Shown here one piece after another: positions 32,540 to 46,528 of a stretch of DNA of 64,000 bases. The stretch's first letter is position 1. Each line of letters begins with the position of its first letter. The DNA comes from the human T2T-CHM13v2.0 reference genome, Homo sapiens, in NCBI RefSeq assembly GCF_009914755.1, contig NC_060934.1. One strand, 5' to 3'. The notes beneath the pieces were generated by a model. That model was given only the letters and a program-made list of their open reading frames with translations, was not told the origin of the DNA and searched no databases. The translations under genes were made by a program, and so were the position numbers.

Positions 32540-33700
32540 TTTGTTCAAAATAATACCCTAGGCATTCAGGAAATAAATATGAATAAGCTCCAATATGGCA
32601 ATAAGAGAAATACACAACTAGTTGCAACATTAAAGGCAGAATGATAACTGTTTACACTTATATAAGTACAAAGAAAGTGCTGCCAAAATTGCAAACATTC
32701 ACAAGGATTAAGTAGGACTTCCAAGAAGAGCCTTTAAGAACAGATAATTTTCTACCAGAAGAGATAAAAGGGAGGTATGTAAGCCAGGGAAAGAAAATTG
32801 TGTGCAAAGGGGCAGAGAAAAAAATTTATTTTGTCTGAAAATAGCAGATAGCCAAACTTAGCAAACTGTGGGGTAAACACAGGCAATAGGGTGAGAAGGC
32901 CAAGAAATAGGTTTCATCTTAAATAAAAAGTTATAAAAGTCAAAGAAAGAGTTAATATTTAATGTAATAGGTGATAGAAAATGAAAACACAGCATGCCCA
33001 AAGTAGAGAAGCCTTTGCCCATCAACCTGCCTCTCCACCATCTGTATTTTTTACCTCAGTGGCTAACACCTCTAACCTGAAGCAGAAACCCAGAGGTCAT
33101 CTGGGCTAGTCTCTCTCTCATCTTCCTCTCCAAGTCCTTGTCATCCAAGACACAGAAACGGGGCATCATTCTCTGCCCCATTCACCAATCTATCATTATG
33201 AAAAGTGTGTGCAATGATTCTGCCCTCGTTGAATCTTTCATGAAGCGTCTTCTGAGAGGTCTCACTGCCTCTGCACCAGCCCTACATTCCCACTAGAGCC
33301 GTCTCTTGAAAATGTAAATCTCTCATATTTGCACTACCTGTAGGCTACCTGCTGCCTACAAGCAAAGTCCAAACTCTTTAGCGTAGCTTTTGAGGCAATT
33401 TTGATCTCACTGCTCACTAAATTTTCATTCTCATCTTCTATCTGTGGAATCTGACCACAAACTACTTGTTAGGCTCAGAACAGGAAATGTTCAGCAACCT
33501 CAACCTGGGGTGACTCCCTCCCCTCACAGCTCCTTGTTCGTAGCTCTTGTATCACTCATTATACTGTCTTGTAATTAGCTGTTCACATATTGCCTCCTCT
33601 GCTCTACCACGAACTCAATAAGGACAGGGGCCGTGCTTGACTCATCCTGAAAACACAGAGCCAGCGTACTGTGAAAAATAAACAAACAGTGGTTTACTGG
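32540..33700. mobile_element. Degenerate L2 relics in both orientations
   Basis: aaagtccaaactctttagc, aaggacaggggccgtgcttgactcatc and similar L2-like motifs. Confidence 0.45.
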
Positions 33701-34208
33701 ATGAAAAAAAAAAAAGAATAAAACCCTACATTTTAGAAGCCTTTAAATCAAGAGTCACAATGTTCAGTGATTCATACGAGGTTACCAAAAGAATGGGTTG
33801 CTACAGCAAAATTAAAGTTTAGTGATAACACATAGCAGCTTTCATTAAAAGGAAGTCCTTAATGTGGGATTTTCTGCCATATCTCCTGTCTAGTTTAGTT
33901 GGGGTCTGATCAGTTCAATGTAATCTAGGATCAAGTATATTATATCCAGTCTTTTTTTGCCCCCCCCAACAAAGACACGTTACATAATTCATTTTCAAAC
34001 TACAAATAAAAAGAGCTGGCACATCCTTTTTATTACTGATTTTTTCATTTTTTTCAATCCTTGTGTTAGTTTTCTAGGGCTGCCATAACAAAATACCACA
34101 GACTGGGTGGCTTAAGCCACGGTTCCCCAACCTTTTTGGTACCAGAGACCCATTTTATGGAAGACAACTTTTCCACAGACCCAGGGGTGGAGTGGGGGTA
34201 GACGTTTT

Positions 34209-34639
34209 TGTGCCCGGAGTTGGTTCCTTCTGGTGGGTTCGTGGTCTCGCTGACTTCAAGAATGGAGCCACAGACCTTTGCAGTGAGTGTTGCAGCTCTT
34301 AAAGATGGCATGGACCCAAAGAGTGAGCAGTAGCAAGATTTATTTTGAAGCGTGAAAGAACAACACTTCCACAGCAAGGAAGCGGACCCTACCAGGTTGC
34401 CACTGCTGGCTGGAGTGGCCAGCTTTTATTCCCTTATTTGTCCCCGCCCATGTCCTGCTGATTGGTCCATTTTACAGAGTGCTGATTGGTCCATTTTACA
34501 GAGCGCTGATTGGTGCATTTTACAAACCTCTAGCTAGCTGCAGAGCACTGATTGGTGCATTTTACAATCCCTTCGTAAGACAAAAAAGTTCTCCAAGTCC
34601 CCTACTTGACCCAGGAAGTCCAGCTGGCTTCACCTCTCA
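34209..34639 (-). mobile_element. Solo LTR12 (LTR12F-like, ERV9), 431 bp
   Basis: Minus strand begins tgagaggtgaagccagctgg; four ctgattgg repeats; GC box; AATAAAA TATA; TSD gttt(t/c). Confidence 0.92.
34423..34555 (-). promoter_or_regulatory. LTR12 core promoter: 4 CCAAT (NF-Y) boxes, GC box, TATA-like AATAAAAG; same orientation as CTNNA3
   Basis: attgg at 34461, 34485, 34509 and 34551; ccccgccc 34442-34449; cttttatt 34423-34430. Confidence 0.6.
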
Positions 34640-35829
34640 GTTTCAGGATGATTCAAGTGGATTACATTTATTGTGTACTTTATATTATTATTACATTGTA
34701 ATATATATGAAATAACTATACAACTCACCATAATGTAGAATCAGTGGGAGCCTTGAGCTTGTTTTCCCACAACTAGACGGTCCCATCTGGGGGTGATGGG
34801 AGACAGTGGCAGATCATCAGGCATTAGATTCTCATAAGGAGTAGGCAACCTACGTCACAATAAGGTTCACTTTCCCATGAGAATCTAATGCCACTGCTGA
34901 TCTGACAGGAGGCAGAGCTCAGGCAGTAATGCAAGCGATGGGGGTTGGCTGTAAATACAGATGAAGTTTCTTTTGCTCACCCACCCACTGCTCATCTCCT
35001 GCTGTGTGGCCCAGTTCCTAACAGGCCATGGACATGCACCAGTTGGGGTACTCAACTGGTACTGGCACTGGAGGCCTAGGGGTTGGGGACCCCTGGGTTA
35101 AACAACAGAAATTTATTTTCTTACAGTTCTGGAGGTCAGAAGTCCAAGACCAAGGTGTCAACAGGTTTGGTTTCTCCTGAGGCCTTGCTCCTTGGCTATC
35201 AGATGGCTGTCCTCTCTCTGTGTCCTCACATGTATGCACACAACAATGATGTCTTTCCCTGTACATCCTAATCTCTTCTGATAAGGACACCAGTCATATT
35301 GGATTAGGGCCCACCCAAATGACCCCATTTTAATTTAATTACTTCTATATCCAAAGGCCCTGTCTCCAACTACGGTCACATTCTGAGAAACTGGGGTTAG
35401 GGCTTCAATATGTGAATGTTGGGGTTGGAAATGGCACAATTCAATCCATAACAATCTTTACCACAAGTGATACAAAAAGTGTAAAATAACCATAACCTTT
35501 TTAAAAATATAATTTAGGGTTTTGTTTGTTTGTTAGATAAACAACCACTGCTAACATAAGCCATTACTCCGAACTATTGAGGGACAGTAACAAAGCACAT
35601 GTAGATCCCTCTCCAATTCCACCAGCCCTCTGTGCCACACAGATGGCATAACAAAGCAAAGAGATTTACGTGTCAAACACATAAGCAGTTGTAGCTAAAT
35701 ATCCTAATCCAAGAAGTGCACTTACTCCTGGATAAATATAAAGCTAAACACAACTAGGAAAAGACCACATGCTGAGAATAATACCAAATTAGTTTCTTCT
35801 AGTTTTCACTTAACCACTTACCATCCAAA

Positions 35830-37320
<1,491 letters not shown>

Positions 37321-37440
37321 TATTTCTCAGGAAACCCAACCGTTAACATATTAATTCTAGGATATGTAGATTTTGTCATTTCGAACATTACTATTATTTA
37401 GAGGAAATGCCTGGTTTTTGAAACTAAATTTAATAGTTGT

Positions 37441-38222
37441 TTTTTAACTTTTATTTTAAGTTCAGAAGTACATGTGTAGGTTTGCTAAATAGGTAAACTC
37501 ACGTCATGAAAAGTTGTTGTACAGATTATTTCATCACCCAGGTATGAAGCCTAGCACTCAATAGTTATTTTTCATGATTCTCTCCCTCCACCCTCTTATA
37601 GGACCCAGTGTCTGTTGTTCCCCTCTATGTGTCCATGTGTTCTCATCATTTAGCTTCTACTTATAAGTGAGCACACAAGTGGTATTTGGTTTTCTGTTCC
37701 TGCATTAGTTTGCTAAAGATAATGGCCTCCAGCTCCTTCCATGTTCCTGCAAAGGACATGATCTCATTTTTTTTTAATGACAGCATAGTTTTCCATGGTG
37801 TATATATGCCACATTTTCTTTATCCTGTCTACCACTGATGTATATTTAGGTTGATTCCATGACTTTGCTATTGTGAATTGTGCTGCAATGAACAGGCACG
37901 TGCATATGTCTTTATGGTAGAATGATTTATATTACTCTGGGTATATATCCAGTAATGGGATTACTGGGTCAAATGGTAGTTGTTTTTAGGTCTTTGAGGA
38001 ACTGCCGCACTGTTTTCCACAATGGTTGAACTAACTTACATTCCCACCAACAGCGTATAAGCATTCCTTTTTCTCTGCGACCTCTCCAGCATCTGCTTTT
38101 TTTTTTTTTTTACTTTTTAATAATAGCTATTCTAACTGGTTTGAAATGTTATCTCATTGTGGTTTTGATTTGCATTTCTCTAATGATCAGTGATGTTGAG
38201 CTTTTTCTCATATGCTTGTTGG
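37441..38222 (-). mobile_element. 5'-truncated L1PA13-16-type 3' fragment
   Basis: ttaacttttattttaagttcag...acagattatttcatcacccagg; TSD aaatgcctg(g)tttt at 37405 and 38225. Confidence 0.88.
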
Positions 38223-39510
38223 AAAAATGCCTGTTTTATACAGAACAAAAATTCAGACAAATTCAGTTTTAAAAATGTAATGTTAATCATATAGTCTCCT
38301 TTTCTACAAATAAATATTTCAAAAAATGAGAAGAAAAACTATAAAGATATTAAATTAAGCAAACTAAAGAGAAATTATATTCATGCTGTAATTTATTCCT
38401 AAATCAAACAACTAGTAATTCCAGTAAATCAATAATCCATAGTTTATAGGACAGTACTGATTCAAAGAAATGTTGAATAAGAAAAAGCAAAAAGTCAACC
38501 TTTTTCCATCAATAACCTTTGACTGCTTAAAGGAAGCAAAACAAAAAGTAAAAAATCCAATCATACCAAAGAAGACTCTAAAATAAATAAGTTGACTGCA
38601 CATGTAATAGCTTAGATATGTTCACATAATCCCTTGGTCCGTCCAGCCCCGCATTCCACTTCCAGCAGTGACTGATGGTAGAATATGGTTATGACTCCTA
38701 CTTACGTATTCCAGAATTGTTTGATAATCATTTACAACCCTATCAACCATAAATTGAATAAACTATGCCAATATTTTGTCATTTGTGTTTGCTTTACCAA
38801 CATAAACTTAGAAAGTTTTATCTGCATTTCCCTCCCACTATCTGCTGCCGGATTCCCTTTTTCACATCTACCTTAGATGGTCAGATTTACTCTTTCTTGT
38901 TCTCTTCTAACACAAAACTCCATTTTATTGACGATATCCAGGAGAAAATATACATAGCTACTTGCTCATCATGATGAATATGAGAGATAATAAACATTAA
39001 GCAAAAAAGATCATCAAAGATAGTGATTAGATTTGCAGGGCTGAAGATTTTATAGCAACCAAAATATGATTTAAATATAGCTCATCAGCAAATTAAATAC
39101 TTATATTCAGTTTAAGATTGATTAGGCTGTATCCACCTCATTTGTCAGAACTCTCTCTAAGTCAATAGTCATTTTGTCTCATTGTTTGGGGTAAAAATTA
39201 AATACCAGTCACCCATCTTGAATCTCATTGGCCAGCACTTGATCTTTAATGTCCCAAAGTCCCTTCTTTGATATTACCATAGTCTCTCAATTCTAAAATA
39301 CTATCAACTACAACACAAACCACCAATGTAATCACTTCTCTTAAAAGTGTAAATATGGATATTTTGTCAATATTGAACCTTCCATAACCAAGGTGAAGCC
39401 AAGAGACTTATTGTCTAGGAATAAAGACAGCAGACAGAACAAAGATACCATTGATCATCTTTGAGTTTCAAAGCTGACTTTCTTAAGCTCTCAAGAAAGA
39501 AAATAATTGT

Positions 39511-39860
39511 GAAGCTGGAGGCATCATACTACATGACTTCAAAATTTACTATAAAGCTATATTAACCAAAACAGCATGGCACTGGCATAAAAACAGACAT
39601 GTAAAGCAATGGAATAGAATAGAGAACCCAATACCAAATCCATACATTTACAGCCAACTGATTTTTGACAAAGGCACCAAGAACACTCACTGGAGAAAGG
39701 ACAATTTCTTCAATAAATGGTGCTAGGAAAACTGGATATCCATACACAGAAGAGTGAAATGAGACCCCTATCTCTCACCATATTCAAAAATCAACTCAAA
39801 TGGACTAAAGATTTAAATGTAAGACCAAAAATTATGAAACTAGTAGAAGAAAACACAGAA
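39511..39860 (+). mobile_element. L1 ORF2 internal fragment (L1MA/PB age)
   Basis: aagctggaggcatcatactacatgacttcaaa...aaacagcatggcactggc. Confidence 0.8.
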
Positions 39861-40187
39861 AGAGAAAATCATTTTCTAAATCCTTTTGGCTCTCATTTAG
39901 CAAAAGCTAGATCTGATAGACTAGATCACAGTTTTATGATAAAGAAGATCTGGTCAGACAGGAAAAAGAAGTGTGGACTATTGGAAGAAAGGTCTCAGAA
40001 ACAGGTTAGACACATTTTATTTCTCTTCTCTGGGCTTCACCCAGATTAAAAGCTGTAATGGCTCTCAACTAACACAGTTAGTTGGGAAACACAGAAAGCC
40101 GAGGAATTTTTATTCCATTTATCTTCAAGACTTTGAAAGAAAATTGTTTTATGAGCTCCCCTGCACAAAACTTCAGGGGTAGCTACA

Positions 40188-40969
40188 GTGTAATCTTGCC
40201 ATCACAATCTTGAAGCTCAATAATACATAACAATGTAAATGGGTAGAGAGAAGGTCAGCTTAGCTTTCTTAAATCAGTCTTGATTCCCATGAGGCTTAGA
40301 TGAAACCCAGAACATCCTAGATACCATGAAAAACAATCAAAATGAGGCTATGTTGAAAAGCAGTGGGCCTGCCCTGAGTTCACCATGGTGAAGAGCCAAG
40401 TGATCTAGCAGAGTCTGAGGGTACACAGATAATGCCAGATACTGGATGGAGGATGTAGCTGGGACTTCGAATCTGAAGCACCATCAAGGGCCAAAGTGGG
40501 GTTAAAGCATCCTGGAGAAACCACAGACCCTAGCCAAGCTACAAAAGAACGCCCCACAAAGCATATAAGGACATCAAGAAATGCACAGAGGTGCCCACAA
40601 GATGACCATGCATGGGACCCATCACTCCCTCAAAGGTCACAGTCCAGAGAGCATTCCAGACCAGCCACTCGGCAGGCACTAAGTGTCCAAAGGTCACCAC
40701 ATGGGTCCAAAGGCCGCATCTCCCACCGTGAAATCATATAAGCAACACCCTCAACCCAATCTCCTGTTTTAGAGCATTTTATCTAAAAAGACTGAGCATT
40801 TACCAAAAGGGACTGTTTATATTGTTGAATCACATCAGTTTACCATCTTATTGGCTTAAACAGAAGGCATTTATTCCAATTCCCAGTAGGTAGGAGTTTA
40901 TGAGGAAGGTCAGATCACTTACGAAAGATAAACTAAAGTGTGCTGTGGGAAAACTTGTAATCCCCTACA
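40188..40969 (+). mobile_element. Ancient LTR (LTR78-like)
   Basis: TG...CA termini; gactgagcatttaccaaaagggactgttt and gtcagatca...ataaa resemble recalled LTR78. Confidence 0.4.
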
Positions 40970-40999
40970 AGTACAAAAAGGAAAGCTACATTAAATGTT

Positions 41000-41094
41000 T
41001 ATTTCCATTATACGATGCATCCTAATTTCAGAAATGGTAAAAAATGTGAGGTGGACAATGTGGGAAAATGTGTTTAAATTAACGAAATATGGTA
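41000..41094 (-). mobile_element. MER104 (Tc2) fragment
   Basis: gatgcatcctaatttcagaaatg...aaaatgtg...gaaatatggta. Confidence 0.55.
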
Positions 41095-41207
41095 TCTTGC
41101 AAATCAAGATTGCGAATGCAAACTGTTTCCTAAAAGAAAAAACTCATCTGAAAAACCACATTTATTAAGCCTTAATTTATTTAATTTGTAGAGCTTTCAC
41201 TACTGTA

Positions 41208-41233
41208 CATATATATGTGTATATATATGTATA

Positions 41234-41284
<51 letters not shown>
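41208..41284. repeat. Compound (TG)n/(TA)n microsatellite
   Basis: Seen directly. Confidence 0.95.
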
Positions 41285-41288
<4 letters not shown>

Positions 41289-41421
41289 ATGTGGATATCT
41301 ATGTATTCAAATTCAGCTACAATGAGGTTAAAAAGGCATAGAAGGGGCACCATTTTATGGCAAGCTTTGGACCAAGAGGCAGAACCATGCTCACTACTGG
41401 CTGATATCATGGCCAGCATAA

Positions 41422-41580
41422 CAGTTCTGACATGGTAATCACCTGGGAGCTTTAAAAATTATTGTCTAGTCCTACTTCCAGAGATTCTGATTTAACTGGT
41501 TTTGTGTAAGGCCTGGGCATCAGGACTTTTAAGAGCTCCCCAGGCAATTTTATTGTGCAGCCAGGGTTGAAAACCACTGG
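41422..41580. mobile_element. MER5A-type hAT MITE
   Basis: aatcacctgggagcttt...cagagattctgattta...gcagccagggttgaaaaccactg. Confidence 0.8.
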
Positions 41581-41799
41581 GCTAACAGAATCTCAACAAT
41601 AACAGGGATTTTCTGAATTGCCTACTTAGTACTCTTCCTCCAAGTAAGCCTTCTGTATCTCCCATAGGGCTTGGCCACAAACCACTCCATCATACTTTAT
41701 CTCACTGGGGGCTCTCAATTGTGTGTGAGATAATGCCCATTTCTTACCCTTCCTTAACCAGGGAGTGCAGAGTAGCTCCATGAGAAAATGGTCAGTCTA

Positions 41800-42103
<304 letters not shown>

Positions 42104-42123
42104 AGAAAACGGTCAGTCTAGAA

Positions 42124-42369
42124 CCAGGGCCTTCCAAGACATAGAAGGGGCACCATTTTACATCGTAGGAGCCAAATCTGGCCTCTTGTCTATTTTGGTA
42201 AATAACAAAATTTTACTGGAACACAGCCACACCCATGTGTTTACATATTATCTAAGTTTGCTTTCACATTACAACAATAGCAGAGTAGTTGCAATAGAGA
42301 CGCTATGGTCCCCAAAACTGAAACTATTTACTATCTGGACCCATACAGTAAAAGTTTGCCAACCACTGG
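42124..42369 (+). mobile_element. MER58A-type hAT MITE
   Basis: gccaaatctggcc...ttttactggaacacagccacaccca...aaagtttgccaaccactg. Confidence 0.8.
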
Positions 42370-44145
42370 TCTAGAGTCAGAGTTTTCAAGCTGCAACAGT
42401 ATCTCATAAGACAAGTTAGATGTCCTGAAATAGCCCCGGGGAGTCTATGAAGGGTAGAGTCAGACCTTGAGCAGTGAAAATGACGACATCTGGGGAGATA
42501 TGGACTCTTCTATCCTTTCAGCCAGCTGAAGCACAATTGCTTCTATCAATCTATTAATATCATTTTCCACTAAGAGGGCAGGTGTATCTTGGCTTATCAG
42601 TCTGCATCACCTGGCTGCCCACACAATCAGTTTATAAGAGAACAATTATATCCTAAAGCTAAGTTAGAAGTGGGTATCTATGGAATCAGTCTGAATTCAT
42701 TGAGGAAAAGATGAGCTGTGATTGAAAGATAAAGTATTAACAGAAACAGAGTGAACTGGGGTTGGTTGGAGAACCCTGAAAAAGAGGGGAGCAACATTAA
42801 AGTGAAGAAAATCACAGTCTAATAGGACAAAAGGTTTAGGAAGCAAGCTGAGAAGAGGTGAAGCACATACAATGAATGGCAGCTACCCACAGATCATCTC
42901 AAAGCTACCAGTTTCTGCTGGTGGGGGCCTCCTTGTATCCTTGCCATGCACGCTCCCACTGGACTTGTACTATTTTAATCAATTAGCTATGGGTTTTCCT
43001 ATCCTTATTTTAATGTAATGAGTGACTTCCTTTTTCTCCACTATTTGTGTCTTAAGAAATACTATAGCCTAGCCATTTTCCCATGGGAGCAGTTTTCTGG
43101 CAGTAAAATCATGCAGAAATTGGAGAATTCACTTTATTAGAATCAACTCAGCTATACTGAATCATCTTAAACTTTAAAACATTACTGAGGCAGAATTAAG
43201 TTTATTTCTTCATCCTACCATAAAAATAACATCTTTATACTTATTAAGCCTTAAGCCTATTAGTATTTAAAAGACACTTAATTTACTAACTTTTAAGGTT
43301 ACTCGTTGAGGTTATAGTCAAAACTCCAATATTTGCTTACAACGTGCCCTACAAGAACACTCTATGTGTGCAGACTTCCTTTTGAGATTTCCTTGGAAGC
43401 TTCAAGATTAATTCTGATACAAATTCTATTGATAGAATAATCAGCAAGAGTACAAAAAAGAAGCTTGGAGGTAAAACCAAGAAAGCATAAGTAAATGGCA
43501 TCATGCTTATTCAAAATGACCTATAGAAATGACAGAAAGCAACCACAAACAAAACTTGAACTGTTTTCTGAAAGAAACAAAGGAAATTATCTTCTAGAAG
43601 GCTAAGAAGCCAAAGGGGGCAGACATGTTCTCTCCCTGCTACCTGAAAGCCAATCAAATCTGTCTGTAGAGCAGTGGAAAATTAACTCTTTGGGCATCTA
43701 GGCATCTCTTTGCATAAATTGATATATATGATTGCTTGCTGCCTTTAGAGGGGGTTGTGGTCAAGGAGAGTAGAAAGGAATTTTGACGAGAGTGGGGTGT
43801 AGCAGAGAGGTTCTTCATAGGAGCCAGGCAGGAAAGAAAAACATGGTGCTTGGAAAAGCTAGGACTAACTACTCCCCATGCAGTCACTAGGACTGGCCTT
43901 GACTCTAGTAAGGAGCGGGGAGAGAGTAGAGAAGAAGCTGAAAGGGATCATTTTCATAGGAATTGTGTGTGACTCTAGGTGCAATCATTGCCTCACTGGG
44001 GCCCATATGAGAGAGTGCAGCACAGAATTGGGAAGAGAGGCATTCTCCCCTCTTTTGTAGGAGCCTAGCGCCATTCTACCACATTGAGGATTGGCAGCTG
44101 AAGGAGACCAGAGAATTTCACCCCAAAATATGGTACCCTGGTATG

Positions 44146-44453
<308 letters not shown>

Positions 44454-46100
44454 GATTATTTTAAATTAAACACCCCTGGGGACCAGCAGACACTGGAAGG
44501 AGCTTTACTTTGATACTCCCTAATCTGCCTAATGTCCAGACTCGCCAAAGAAAAAAATAATTACTTCTGGTCCCTTCCCTGAGTTTTCATCAATTTAATA
44601 ATAACTCTAATCACAGGCAGGTAGACTGAAGTCTGTCAACACACCTGGACAGACGTTTGTCAAAAATCATGCTCTGCGGGCCCAACAAACTTTGTCCCAG
44701 GCCACTGTATGTTCTCCAAGTCCACTGAATTTCCCCTAAAAATCATTTACTACACCCCAAGTTGACACATTTCCCCTATCTCCCCTCCTCTATGAAAAAG
44801 GGTATATAAGCTTCTGTACCCGTTGGGTTATGAGGTAATCATTCTCCTACTATTCCCCTGTGTTATGCACATTGAAATAAATTTTGTGTGTCTTTTCTCC
44901 TGTTAATCTGCCTCTTGTCAGTTGATTTTTCAGCAAAACTTCAGAGGGCAAAGAGGAAGCAATCCCTTTGACCTTACAGATTTGGCATTGTTGGTGGGAT
45001 AACCAAAACTGCTCTGCTCCTCTAGAAGCTGCAGTCAAAGGAACACAGGACCTGATAGGTGAACAGAATGATAAGAAATTCTTACCAGTCAGACTCCCAG
45101 TCTCTCTCTCTGCATAATCTGGTCAAGCAGACGAGAAAAATCAGTTTGTCTCTTTTTTCTTTCCAAATTTAAGATTAATGGGAGAAAAGCATTTGTATGA
45201 CTAGTCTTAGATGTAATGACTCTGGTATATTTTTGCTATGAATATTCATATTGTCCATCCTTTTCCTCACAGAAGTAGTCTTTATTTTTTCCTTTGTCTC
45301 TGTCTTTCTGTGAAGAGTCCCTCTTGTTTTATGTCCTTGAGAGCTTGACTTTTGACCACGTAGGAGCCCTATCTCTTGGTCTCTGCCATCCAGTGGGCAT
45401 GATTTTTGGGCCACGTCTGGTGGCCAGCCTAAAAGGACTAGGAACCCGGAGGTACCTAAGATATTAAGCAGCACACTCTGTTCCAAATGTGCCAAGCTCT
45501 CAGCAAAGTTTTTCTTAAATAAGAAATCCCATCCATAAGGGGCTTTTGTTGTCCTAACTCTTGTTGCCTGGATAGTCCTGGAAAGTCCAATCCCAGGAGG
45601 ACCTACTCAGTGTCACAGATTAACAGATCTATGACTGGTGCCCCTCCCTCCTCAATACTGGAGGCACCATATGAACAAACACCTCCTCAACCATCTGTCA
45701 CAAGTGTCCTTTGCTATATTAGACTTTTTCTGAAAGTGAATTTTGAGGGGATCATGAGAACTACATCATCTTCCCATTTTTATACTGCCACTTATACTGT
45801 CCATGATAGTCTAAACCTGGAAAGCTACCTCTGAGACTCCATGAAAATGGCTCATTAACTTGAGTCATTTATGGAATAAATAAATTGGCTATACTTAAAA
45901 GAAAACTTTTTAGAGAGTGCTTGTCTTAAACAGCTATCTTATTCGTACCTATTTTTAAAAATATTAAAGGAATATAGCCTTAGAAATTCTCTTAGTAAGA
46001 TTTTTAAAGCAGAAATAATATTCAAAGGAAACTTAAAATCCTGTACACTCAATTGCCTGCTTTGGATCCATCTAGGATCTGCAAAAAGCACTCTGGCCTA

Positions 46101-46168
46101 TGGTCTAATGGCTAGGATTCCACTGTTTCATTGCCTCAACTCAGGTTTGATTTCTAGTCAGGGAACCA
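46101..46168 (+). pseudogene. Degenerate tRNA-Glu(TTC) retrocopy with 3' CCA, inside the ERV
   Basis: Ungapped match of about 52/68 nt to recalled tRNA-Glu; TTC at 46127-46129; ends gggaaCCA. Confidence 0.8.
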
Positions 46169-46234
46169 GCCCCTTGGAGATGTAAATCCTTTAACTCAGG
46201 GGAAAAAGGAAACATTTATAAAAATTAGTTTGAG

Positions 46235-46528
46235 GGTCAGGCACGGTGGCTTATGCCTGTAATCCCAGCACTTTGAGAGGCTGAGGCAGGAGGATCGCTG
46301 GAGCCCAGGAGTTTGAGACTAGCCTGAAACAGATCCCTTCTCTACAAAAAATTAATTTAAAAAATTAGCCAGGTGTGGTGGCATGCATCTGTAGTCTCAA
46401 ATACTCAGGAGACTGAGACAGGAGGATGGCTTGAGCCCAGAGATCAAGGCTGCTATGAGCCATGATTACACCACTTCACTTTAGCCTGGGCAACAGAGCA
46501 AAACCCTGTCTCAAAAAAAAAAAAAAAA
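46235..46528 (+). mobile_element. AluJ inside the ERV internal region
   Basis: ggaggatcgctggagcccaggagtttgag; poly-A tail; TSD core agtttga. Confidence 0.9.

Larger units (their letters stand above)
34118..35095 (+). mobile_element. MER1A (hAT-Charlie) split by LTR12
   Basis: TIRs cacggttccccaacc / ggttggggacccctg; 8-bp TSD gcttaagc / ggttaaac. Confidence 0.88.
34062..35453 (-). mobile_element. MLT1B/C MaLR LTR split by MER1A
   Basis: tgtgttagttttctagggctgccataacaaaataccacagactgggtggcttaa...caacagaaatttatt...tcaatccataaca; 5-bp TSD atcct/atctt. Confidence 0.88.

Noticed and set aside
34455-34570. Regularly spaced ~24-bp repeats, superficially CRISPR-like
   Set aside because: These are the normal LTR12 CCAAT tandem repeats, have no unique spacers, and the DNA is eukaryotic.
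46101-46168. Functional tRNA gene
   Set aside because: The stems are disrupted, the 5' acceptor strand is missing and CCA is genomically encoded, so it is a retrocopy.
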